A DNA stretch of 10,490 nucleotides from Candidatus Micrarchaeota archaeon. GTDB taxonomy: Archaea; Micrarchaeota; Micrarchaeia; Anstonellales; Bilamarchaeaceae. Of the stretch, positions 1 to 6,616 are shown one piece after another. Under the pieces are notes generated by a model, which ran no database searches, had not been told where the DNA came from, and saw only the letters and a list, made by a program, of their open reading frames with translations. The translations under genes and the position numbers were made by a program. The DNA lies in contig JBGFRX010000037.1 in NCBI GenBank assembly GCA_041694885.1, positions 1 to 10,490 on the forward strand, given 5' to 3'. Numbering within the stretch: position 1 is the first letter of the stretch; each line of letters opens with the position of its first letter.

Positions 1-1
1 C

Positions 2-31
2 GCGTTCAAAGCGAAGATTTATAGGATGTAG
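2..31 (+). CDS. 3' end of an upstream gene (partial), possibly DUF424 family
   Basis: Frame 2 reads AFKAKIYRM* (TAG at 29-31). This resembles the '..HAQIxRM' C-terminus of DUF424 proteins, which often precede aIF-2beta in archaea. Only 9 residues are visible. Confidence 0.3.
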   Translation, partial: AFKAKIYRM

Positions 32-110
32 CCGGTAATCACGGCCTCATCCAATAATCAGGCATTTTGCTGTACGCTTGTTCGTATCTGACCCCGCCTG
101 CTCACTACCC

Positions 111-120
111 TTTTAAATAT
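111..120 (+). promoter_or_regulatory. Putative TATA box for the aIF-2beta/aIF-1A unit
   Basis: TTTTAAATAT about 45 nt upstream of ATG 166; SD-like GGTG/GGAG at 157-165. Confidence 0.55.
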
Positions 121-165
121 GAACGAGGATATCAAACTTCAATCTGTTTGATTTACGGTGTGGAG

Positions 166-570
166 ATGAAAAAATACGAGGACCTGCTGGACGAGGCGTA
201 CAAGAGCATTCCTGAAAGGCAGAGCAGTGGAGAGAGGTTCGAAATGCCCAAGCTCGAGTCGTTCGCAGAAGGGAACAAGACCATAGTGAGGAATTTTGGC
301 TCAGTAGTGGATGCGGTACGGAGAAAGCGCACAGAAGTGATGAAATACCTCTCCAAGGAGTTCGCGGTTCCAGTGAACATGGACGGCGAGCGCCTCATTC
401 TCCAGAGAAAATTCTTCGGAGACCTTATAAACAGGAAATTCGAGGACTATGTAAACGCGTACGTGATATGCAAACAGTGCAAGAAGCCGGACACGCATAT
501 TGAGGAGCTCGGGCACGGTCTGAGGAACATCATATGCGAAGCGTGTGGTGCGAGGCAGCCGGTGAAGTGA
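166..570 (+). CDS. eif2b: Translation initiation factor 2 subunit beta (aIF-2beta)
   Basis: MKKYEDLLDEAY start, ERFEMP and GNKTIVRNF motifs, C-terminal Zn ribbon CKQCKKPDT...CEACGA. Start moved from TTG 67 to ATG 166 (preceded by an SD; 134 aa is typical). Confidence 0.96.
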   Translation: MKKYEDLLDEAYKSIPERQSSGERFEMPKLESFAEGNKTIVRNFGSVVDAVRRKRTEVMKYLSKEFAVPVNMDGERLILQRKFFGDLINRKFEDYVNAYVICKQCKKPDTHIEELGHGLRNIICEACGARQPVK

Positions 571-575
571 TATTT

Positions 576-878
576 ATGGCAGAACAGACACCTCCTTCTG
601 GAGAACCACAATTCCACCTTCGCCTTCCGAGGGGAAAAGAAGTCCTTGGTTTGGTGATAGGCCTTGTGGGCGGAAGTAGAATGATAGTTACATGCAAGGA
701 CGGAAAGGAGAGGAACTGCCGCGTTCCCGGCCGCCTGAAGAATCGTGTGTGGGTGCGCGACGGCGACGTGGTGATAGTAGAGCCGTGGGAAATAGAAGGC
801 GACAAACGCGGGGACATAATCTGGAGATACACTCCTCTGCAGGCAAAAGCCCTCAGGGAAAAAGGGTTTATTCGCTAA
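576..878 (+). CDS. eif1a: Translation initiation factor 1A (aIF-1A)
   Basis: OB-fold signature LRLPR..EVLGLV...GGSRMIVTCKDGKERNCRVPGRLKNRVWVRDGDVVIVEPW...RGDIIWRY. ATG at 576 follows GGTGA, 5 nt after the aIF-2beta stop. Confidence 0.96.
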   Translation: MAEQTPPSGEPQFHLRLPRGKEVLGLVIGLVGGSRMIVTCKDGKERNCRVPGRLKNRVWVRDGDVVIVEPWEIEGDKRGDIIWRYTPLQAKALREKGFIR

Positions 879-880
879 TC

Positions 881-896
881 TTATAAAGGGAAAATC
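881..896 (-). repeat. 16-bp repeat copy 1 (GATTTTCCCTTTATAA), inverted relative to 7759-7774
   Basis: The reverse complement of 881-896 is identical to 7759-7774; flanking bases mismatch on both sides. Confidence 0.75.
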
Positions 897-952
897 CAGG
901 TTTTTTGAACTGCCTCCTCCAAAAAATTTCCTTCAATCCTGAATCCACCCAT
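881..952 (-). CDS. Putative 23-aa small protein MGGFRIEGNFLEEAVQKTWIFPL (not in the ORF track)
   Basis: ATG at 952, GGAGGTG SD (964-958) 5 nt upstream, TTTATAAA on the minus strand at 1005-998. Lies within the aIF-1A/Rio1 gap and stops 2 nt from the aIF-1A stop. Confidence 0.35.
   Translation of the reverse strand: MGGFRIEGNFLEEAVQKTWIFPL
901..906 (+). terminator. Possible oligo-T terminator after aIF-1A
   Basis: T6 run 22 nt after the aIF-1A stop; archaeal intrinsic termination uses oligo-T tracts. Confidence 0.35.
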
Positions 953-973
953 CAACCCACCTCCAGATAAAAT

Positions 974-989
974 AGAACCAATTTAAGTA
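974..989 (+). promoter_or_regulatory. BRE/TATA promoter of rio1 (probably leaderless)
   Basis: A-rich AGAACCAA followed by TTTAAGTA (982-989), centred about 25 nt upstream of ATG 1011; no SD before the ATG. Confidence 0.55.
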
Positions 990-1010
990 TTCTGCAATTT
1001 ATAAAAATGC

Positions 1011-1766
1011 ATGGCAAAGGAGACGAAAAGTTCAGCAAGCGGAAAGAAGCCGAACAAGTACGTTTACCAACTCAAGGAGCGGCCCAAAATAGAAAGCGAA
1101 GTGCTCGACCGCTCCACTCTCATTTGTCTCTCTAAAATAATGAAGAAGGGGATAATAGAGCACCTTGACTATCCTGTCTCCACGGGAAAGGAGGCGGTGA
1201 TATTCAAGGCAACAACACCTTCAGGCGCGAGCGTTGCGGTGAAAATATACAAGATAGAAACATCGCCGTTCCTGAAGAAGAGGGATTACATAATCGGCGA
1301 TCCGAGGTTTGAGAAGATAAAATGGAGGGAAAAGGACGTTGTTTGCGCGTTCGCGAGGAAGGAATTCAGCAACCTCGAGATATGCGAGAATGCAGGGGTG
1401 CACGCGCCCAAGCCCGTTTTCCTGCTGGGCAGTGTGCTCGTGATGGGTTTTTTGGGCGAATCAGGGTTCCCCTATCCTAATCTGATCCAGACCGTTTGCG
1501 AGGAGAGATTTTTGGATTCAATAATAGAGAATGTGCGTAGGATGTACAAGGCAGGGCTGGTGCACGCTGATCTGAGCGAGTACAACATCATGGTTTCCAA
1601 TGAAGGAGTACCGTATTTCATCGACTTCGGCCAGGGAGTTGTGCTTTCGCACCCCAAGGCAGAGGAATTCCTGGAGCGGGACATAAGAAACGTTCTGAAC
1701 TTCTTCAGGAAATTTGGGTTCGGGAGGGATTTCGGAAAGACGATGGAAAGGATAAAAGAAGAATGA
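1011..1766 (+). CDS. rio1: RIO1-family atypical Ser/Thr kinase/ATPase (small-subunit maturation)
   Basis: P-loop STGKEA, VAVKIY, YIIGDPRF, KEFSNL, catalytic LVHADLSEYNI, metal-binding IDFGQ and FLERD. Adjacency to aIF-1A is a conserved archaeal arrangement. Confidence 0.95.
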   Translation: MAKETKSSASGKKPNKYVYQLKERPKIESEVLDRSTLICLSKIMKKGIIEHLDYPVSTGKEAVIFKATTPSGASVAVKIYKIETSPFLKKRDYIIGDPRFEKIKWREKDVVCAFARKEFSNLEICENAGVHAPKPVFLLGSVLVMGFLGESGFPYPNLIQTVCEERFLDSIIENVRRMYKAGLVHADLSEYNIMVSNEGVPYFIDFGQGVVLSHPKAEEFLERDIRNVLNFFRKFGFGRDFGKTMERIKEE

Positions 1767-1781
1767 TTTCTATCCACCGTT

Positions 1782-2138
1782 TTACCAGTTTTCCAGCGCT
1801 GCTTTGAAAGTAGCGTATTCATCCATGACTTCAAGGTATTTTCCATTATCGCGAATTCTGTCATTTGGCTGAATTTCTAGGTATTTTTTGCAAATATTCA
1901 TGGCCGTCTCATACGCGCCTTCCATGTTGGTATCCCTTGCCAATCTCAAAAACTTTTCCAGCCGTTTTTTGTCCAGATCATTCTCGCCTTTCAATTTTTC
2001 GCGTATTTCGCCTTCAGTTTTTTTCAAATCAATCAACTCATCCGTAATGGGTCCGCCTTTTCCGAACTTTTCAAACGCCGCCTTCATCATGCTTGCTGCT
2101 TGCCGCGCACCCACATTCAATTTTTCTTTGGTAAGCAT
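1782..2138 (-). CDS. Hypothetical alpha-helical protein with a single TPR-like motif
   Basis: 118 aa from ATG 2138 (SD-like GTGAT upstream), or 121 aa from GTG 2147 overlapping the upstream TGA. LRLARDTNMEGAYETAMNICKKYLEIQPND fits the TPR consensus. Charged, with no TM segment. Confidence 0.75.
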   Translation of the reverse strand: MLTKEKLNVGARQAASMMKAAFEKFGKGGPITDELIDLKKTEGEIREKLKGENDLDKKRLEKFLRLARDTNMEGAYETAMNICKKYLEIQPNDRIRDNGKYLEVMDEYATFKAALENW

Positions 2139-2143
2139 CCGTA

Positions 2144-3913
2144 TCACTTCGTTTTTTTGGGAACTATCGCAAATTTTTCATTTATTGTCCTATTGACCAT
2201 CGTTTCCATTATTTTTATTGCTTCGGTGTCACCTTTGCCGCTCTTCCTTAAGTAATGAAAAAGGGCGCTTTCGTCCCTTACCCAGGCTGGCATACTCTCT
2301 AAGAGCTGCTTGGTTGCAATGTCCAAAGGGAGATGTTTGATGCTTTCTTTTTCAAGATGAAACATTGCAATCTTGAATCTTATTGTTTCTATGAAACCCT
2401 CGGAAATACCGTGCTCGATAATATATTCGCTCAGGGCTTTATCAGCCGCCCATTTGCTTGCGCTGCCTGTGAACGACTTTATCTTTATTATGTGGAGATC
2501 GCCGCTTTGCCGCAGAAAATTCCGCTCCGCTTCATCAAGCGTTTCTTTCACGGTTGCCTCGCTTAGCCGGTCTTTGTTCCCCAGGATGCCAAAGCTCATG
2601 GGGCCTGTGGAGTATATCTTTGCATCAATGCCTTTTTTCAGAAATGCTTCCTTGAGATTTTTATAATACGCCGAACTTATGGTGTCGGTTGCCCCATGGC
2701 CTATGAGGTTGAGCAAGCTTGGGCCTACTAAATTGATGTCCGCAGGCACAACCGCCTTTTCGGCAACGGCCGATACCTCCCCGAGGGCGGCAGATACATT
2801 TTTGTTCATGCCTACCCTTATCATTACGTGCACGTCCATCGGACCCATCCATTTCTCTGCTGCCTCAGGCAGTTCACCTGGCACCGATTCCATGAGCGGT
2901 TTGAGCGCATTCTTTGTTTTGCCGCCAAGCTTTTCGAGCAATCCCCTGGTTTCAGCTTTATTCAAAAGCGTTTCAAGGGCGATTTTTTTGCCCTCGTCCA
3001 GAATTACAATGCTTTCCCCATCTTTTTTTACAAGCGCCGTGATTTCATGGATGCTAAAGCCCCCTATCGCTTCCTTCAATTCTTTATGCCGGACTTTCAA
3101 TGCAGAGAGCACCGCTTTCATTTCCGCATTGACATCAGCAACTATTCTGGCGGCATTTTTTGCATTTGCCCCATACAGTACGAATACGAGTTCATCGCCT
3201 TCCTTCGTATTCCTGACGATGTCTATCCCATGCTTTTTGGCAATCTTGTAGAATACATGGAAATAGGCCTTAAGCCCCAAGTCGCCCATCTCGCGGCCCA
3301 GGTTGTTCAAAAGCCACGTTTTGCTTTTGTCAAAGACAAGAAATGTCATTTCCAGACCCTCATTCTTCATCCCCGCGATAACCTCTTTAGGAAAGCCGCG
3401 CATCGAAACATCGAACATTTCACCTGCCGCGTGTGTTTCGTTTGTTATCTGCGCCCACATTTTCGCCTGGTTTTTAAATGGGATGAGGCAGCGTAGATTA
3501 TCCATCGCTTTGTTCAAAAATCCGATTTCCCGCCCTGCCGCTTCGTTGTATTCCTTTATGAGCGCCTTTGCGTTCATTGCCCCATAATCCCGTGAACTTA
3601 TGCCGAACAGCAGTTCTCCAAGAAGCTTCATGCCTGCCTTGGCGTCAACATTCAGGGCTGCGGCCTGCGGCGTGGTGGCTCCGCGGCTGCTTATGATCGC
3701 CATCATGGTCATCGCGTCAATGCCAGTAAGCAAACTCAATTCAACGATATGGAATGCGTATTCGCGCGGCGTTTTCGATTCCCGCAGCGCCCTCATGTTC
3801 TCTCCGAGCCACCCGAAAGGCGCGACGGTTTTTAGCGCTTCCAGCGTTGTGTGCAATGGCATGGCCAGTGTTTTTGCCTGTTCTTTACTGATGCCCGTTA
3901 CGAGTAGCTCCAT
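2144..3913 (-). CDS. Orphan 589-aa protein with two tandem diverged GGDEF/class III nucleotide-cyclase-like domains
   Basis: Long ORF with its own TATA box. Domain 1 (aa ~188-322): FLVFD...LNNLG..MGDLGL...VRNTKEGDELVFVL...ETLLNKAE. Domain 2 (aa ~360-495): LLNLIGHGATD...IYSTGPMSFGIL...AADKAL. The CDS is well supported; the domain assignment is by eye. Confidence 0.7.
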   Translation of the reverse strand: MELLVTGISKEQAKTLAMPLHTTLEALKTVAPFGWLGENMRALRESKTPREYAFHIVELSLLTGIDAMTMMAIISSRGATTPQAAALNVDAKAGMKLLGELLFGISSRDYGAMNAKALIKEYNEAAGREIGFLNKAMDNLRCLIPFKNQAKMWAQITNETHAAGEMFDVSMRGFPKEVIAGMKNEGLEMTFLVFDKSKTWLLNNLGREMGDLGLKAYFHVFYKIAKKHGIDIVRNTKEGDELVFVLYGANAKNAARIVADVNAEMKAVLSALKVRHKELKEAIGGFSIHEITALVKKDGESIVILDEGKKIALETLLNKAETRGLLEKLGGKTKNALKPLMESVPGELPEAAEKWMGPMDVHVMIRVGMNKNVSAALGEVSAVAEKAVVPADINLVGPSLLNLIGHGATDTISSAYYKNLKEAFLKKGIDAKIYSTGPMSFGILGNKDRLSEATVKETLDEAERNFLRQSGDLHIIKIKSFTGSASKWAADKALSEYIIEHGISEGFIETIRFKIAMFHLEKESIKHLPLDIATKQLLESMPAWVRDESALFHYLRKSGKGDTEAIKIMETMVNRTINEKFAIVPKKTK

Positions 3914-3923
3914 AAATAGGTTA

Positions 3924-3942
3924 GATGCGCATCATGTTTAAA
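3924..3942 (-). promoter_or_regulatory. TATA box plus 10-bp perfect palindrome upstream of the cyclase-like gene
   Basis: TTTAAACA on the minus strand (3942-3935), about 25 nt from ATG 3913. GATGCGCATC palindrome at 3924-3933 lies between the TATA box and the start. Confidence 0.5.
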
Positions 3943-5754
3943 TTACATCTTCTCCGGCGCCTCTATTCCCATGAGATGAAGCGCACTCCTCATCACATTC
4001 GCGGTGGCAGCCACTATGAGAAGCCGTTTCGCCTTTTCCTCTTCACTTTTCGCGTTCAGCACCTGGTTCTTAGTATAGAATTTGTTGAATATGGTAGAAA
4101 GTTCGAGCGCATAATCCGCAACGTAATGAGGACGCAAATCCCCTGCTGCTTTTTCCACTATTTCCGGAAAAGTGGAGAGCTGCCGCAGCACCGCCTTTTC
4201 ATCATCATTGAATCCGCCCTGGGCTTTCAATTTCCCTATTTCTCCACCCCACCTGTGCAATATACCTAGAGTCCTTACGTACGCATACTGCAAATAAGGT
4301 CCGGAATCTCCTTCGAGCGAAAGCGCCCTGTCCCATTCGAATATTATCTTTTTCTCCGGGCTAGTGCGCAAAAAGGAGAATTTTATCGCCGCAATCCCGA
4401 CTTCTTCCGCCACTTTTTTCTTTTCCATGGCTTCCATTTCCTTGGTTATTTTTTCCGATGCCCTCTTTTTCGCTTCTTCTATGAATTCGTCAGCAGTGTA
4501 CCCTATCCATGTCCCTTCCCTTCCTGAGAATCTCTCATCTTTCAGCATAACGTGCTCGTACGCAAGGTGGACAAGGTTCTCCGCCTCCTTAACATAGCCG
4601 AGAGCAGCGAATGTGTTCCTGATCACTGCCTGCGGATAGCTCTGCTCCACGCCTATTATGTTTATCACTTTCTCCGCATGCCCGAATTTTTTCGCCTTCC
4701 CTTTAGGAGCAGTCATCTCCGCAGTCATTCCATTCGGCTGCTTTATGAAATCAGAATAGGTGAAATCACTGCAAAGAAGTCCGAACTTCCAGAACTGGAA
4801 AATTATGTCCTTTGCGATATAGGTAGCGGTTCCGTCACTTCTTATGAGCACCTTCTGGTCGTCCTTCTGCTCTTTGTATTCTTCGCCCAATTGCACGATC
4901 CAGCAACCCTTGTTCTTTCCCACGTTTTCGGGACGGATCGCGCTGCTCTTCTTCATTTTCTCCATTCCTTCCGCAAACACATTCCTGATTATGTCGCTCT
5001 CGAAAACCAACACATCGTGGCATATTCCAAGTGAAAAATCCGTTTCATATTGCGCCTTCACGACTTCTTCGCTCAACCAACGCGCCTTTTCGGAAATCTC
5101 GTTTCCGCTGTGCTCCATCTGTCTGAGGGTTTCGCGCACTGCGTTCAGCGTTTCGGGATTTTTCTCTATTTCGGAGGCGATCTGCACATATTGCTCTCCA
5201 ATAAAATGGTCTAATTTCTTGTCCGGCTTTTTTCCGAAATTCAAATATCCATACAAGCTCTGCGCGACCTGCAAACCCAAATCGTCTATATAGTCCATCA
5301 CTTCAACGTTTTCGCCGCTAAAGGAGAGTATTTTCGCAACAGAGTCGCCTAGAAGCGCATTCCTCAGATGTCCTATATGCCATGGCTTGTTCGGGTTCAC
5401 GGACGGGAATTCGATTATCGTCTTTCCTTTTTTCTTTTTCCCTTCGCCATATTTTTCGTTTTTCGCCGCTTCTTCCGCAACTTCCGAGAAATTTTTTGCC
5501 GAGAAGAAGAAGTTTATATAGGGCCCTGCAGCAGCAACCTTTTCCACATATTCGTTTTTTTGGACTTTTGCAGTTATCTCTTTCGCGATTTCAACCGGAT
5601 TTTTTCTTTGCGCCTTGGCAATATCAAATGCGATGCGCGAACTAATGTCCCCAAAGCCGCTCTTGGGCATTTCGAGAGATGCAAGCGTAACATCAGCACC
5701 AACTCCTGCTGCATCAGCCAGTATCCTGGAAATCTCTCCCTTGACGTTAACCAT
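3943..5754 (-). CDS. argS: Arginine--tRNA ligase (class I, archaeal type)
   Basis: FGDISS and AGPYINF N-terminal domain, PNKPWHIGHLRN (HIGH), IRSDGTATYIAKD, FSGREG (KMSKS equivalent), GDSGPYLQYAYVR, terminal PEKM. Start at ATG 5754 is preferred over GTG 5772 because of TATA spacing. Confidence 0.97.
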   Translation of the reverse strand: MVNVKGEISRILADAAGVGADVTLASLEMPKSGFGDISSRIAFDIAKAQRKNPVEIAKEITAKVQKNEYVEKVAAAGPYINFFFSAKNFSEVAEEAAKNEKYGEGKKKKGKTIIEFPSVNPNKPWHIGHLRNALLGDSVAKILSFSGENVEVMDYIDDLGLQVAQSLYGYLNFGKKPDKKLDHFIGEQYVQIASEIEKNPETLNAVRETLRQMEHSGNEISEKARWLSEEVVKAQYETDFSLGICHDVLVFESDIIRNVFAEGMEKMKKSSAIRPENVGKNKGCWIVQLGEEYKEQKDDQKVLIRSDGTATYIAKDIIFQFWKFGLLCSDFTYSDFIKQPNGMTAEMTAPKGKAKKFGHAEKVINIIGVEQSYPQAVIRNTFAALGYVKEAENLVHLAYEHVMLKDERFSGREGTWIGYTADEFIEEAKKRASEKITKEMEAMEKKKVAEEVGIAAIKFSFLRTSPEKKIIFEWDRALSLEGDSGPYLQYAYVRTLGILHRWGGEIGKLKAQGGFNDDEKAVLRQLSTFPEIVEKAAGDLRPHYVADYALELSTIFNKFYTKNQVLNAKSEEEKAKRLLIVAATANVMRSALHLMGIEAPEKM

Positions 5755-5773
5755 GACTCTGATTCGAGACACA

Positions 5774-5786
5774 ATATTTTAAATAT
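5774..5786. promoter_or_regulatory. Bidirectional palindromic TATA element shared by argS and the methyltransferase gene
   Basis: ATATTT-T-AAATAT centred at 5780, 26 nt from ATG 5754 (-) and 25 nt from ATG 5805 (+). Confidence 0.6.
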
Positions 5787-5804
5787 GATAATTGTAATCT
5801 GCCC

Positions 5805-6359
5805 ATGGACTACGTATATCTCGCGCTTGTGCTTGCCTCGCTGCTTATTTACAGTCAGCTGCCCTTTTTCTGGCTTTTGAGGCACATGCTCAAGCTGAGG
5901 TACGGTTCATGGCTTGCGCTCGACATAATACTCATACTCACTTTCGCGATGGCAGCAGTGGTCCTTTACGCTATTTTTTCATCCTTCATATACGTCAAAT
6001 CAGAGCTTCCCCCCTATTCCGGAGCGTTCGGCTGGCTGCTCATCGCAGCAGCGCTTGCAACAGAGGCATGGTCGCTTTACCTTCTCGGAAGGAAAATAAA
6101 GGCGCAGAAAGGCGCTCTCATCATCTCAGGTCCATATGCAGTTGTGCGCCATCCCATCTACCTTTCCCATACAATAGCCAATTTCGGGATTTACCTCGTA
6201 ACAGGAGCACTTATTCCCCTCTTTGTGTTCGCCGAATGGTTAGTCTTGATAAAACCGCTCGTGGACGTGGAGGACGAGGAGCTTGCGCTGAGGTTCGGGG
6301 AGGAATTTTTGGAATACAAGGAAAAAGTGCCCCAGCTCATCCCGAAATTGCAGAAATAA
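5805..6359 (+). CDS. Isoprenylcysteine carboxyl methyltransferase (ICMT/STE14/PEMT) family membrane protein
   Basis: Several hydrophobic TM segments; signature LIISGPYAVVRHPIYL; C-terminal EDEELALRFGEEFLEYKEKVPQLIP. Confidence 0.9.
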   Translation: MDYVYLALVLASLLIYSQLPFFWLLRHMLKLRYGSWLALDIILILTFAMAAVVLYAIFSSFIYVKSELPPYSGAFGWLLIAAALATEAWSLYLLGRKIKAQKGALIISGPYAVVRHPIYLSHTIANFGIYLVTGALIPLFVFAEWLVLIKPLVDVEDEELALRFGEEFLEYKEKVPQLIPKLQK

Positions 6360-6368
6360 AGTGAAAGC

Positions 6369-6563
6369 ATGCCAAACAAACCGATAAATCCCCATGCGCT
6401 CTGCGCAGTGCTCATTGGAAAATTCGTGGAGATGGGGCTTTTGGACGAGAAAAAACTGAAAGGGAAAAAGAACTATTTCCTGACCGAACAGGGACGGCTT
6501 GTCCTGGCGAATTTCGGGATAGACGAAAACGAATTGTACGCAAAGCGTCCGCCGCCAAAATAG
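6369..6563 (+). CDS. Small winged-helix-like protein (64 aa)
   Basis: [32 protein letters not shown] matches the recognition helix, wing and YxLTxxG pattern of MarR/PadR/ArsR-type wHTH domains. SD-like AGTGA upstream; starts 9 nt after the previous stop. Confidence 0.65.
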   Translation: MPNKPINPHALCAVLIGKFVEMGLLDEKKLKGKKNYFLTEQGRLVLANFGIDENELYAKRPPPK

Positions 6564-6566
6564 CAG

Positions 6567-6611
6567 CGGAAGGCACCTTCCGAAATATATTTTATTGGAT
6601 TCTGGCAATCC
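6567..6611 (+). promoter_or_regulatory. nre promoter: BRE/TATA flanked by two inverted repeats
   Basis: CGGAAG-GCAC-CTTCCG (6567-6582), then CGAAA + TATATTTTAT (6581-6595), then GGATT-N5-AATCC (6597-6611), then ATG 6617. Confidence 0.5.
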
Positions 6612-6616
6612 TTCTT

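Noticed and set aside
31..110. Possible tRNA or C/D-box sRNA in the gap (GTTCGTATC resembles a T-loop; short GCCG/CGGC hairpin)
   Set aside because: No complementary T-stem, acceptor stem or cloverleaf, and no properly arranged C and D boxes.
67..165. N-terminal extension of aIF-2beta from TTG 67
   Set aside because: It spans the TATA box, and family similarity and the SD point to ATG 166.
2144..3913. Cas10, GTP cyclohydrolase III or a canonical diguanylate cyclase as the identity of the orphan
   Set aside because: No HD domain, Zn finger, GGDD, cas genes or array. No GGDN motif and different length from GCH III. The motif is EGDEL and lacks the usual FK, so only superfamily-level similarity is claimed.
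2333..5645. Numerous plus-strand ORFs (e.g. 2679-3251, 2828-3496, 4552-5034) opposite the orphan gene and argS
   Set aside because: Antisense shadows of real genes with atypical Ser/Phe/His-rich composition and no recognisable motifs.
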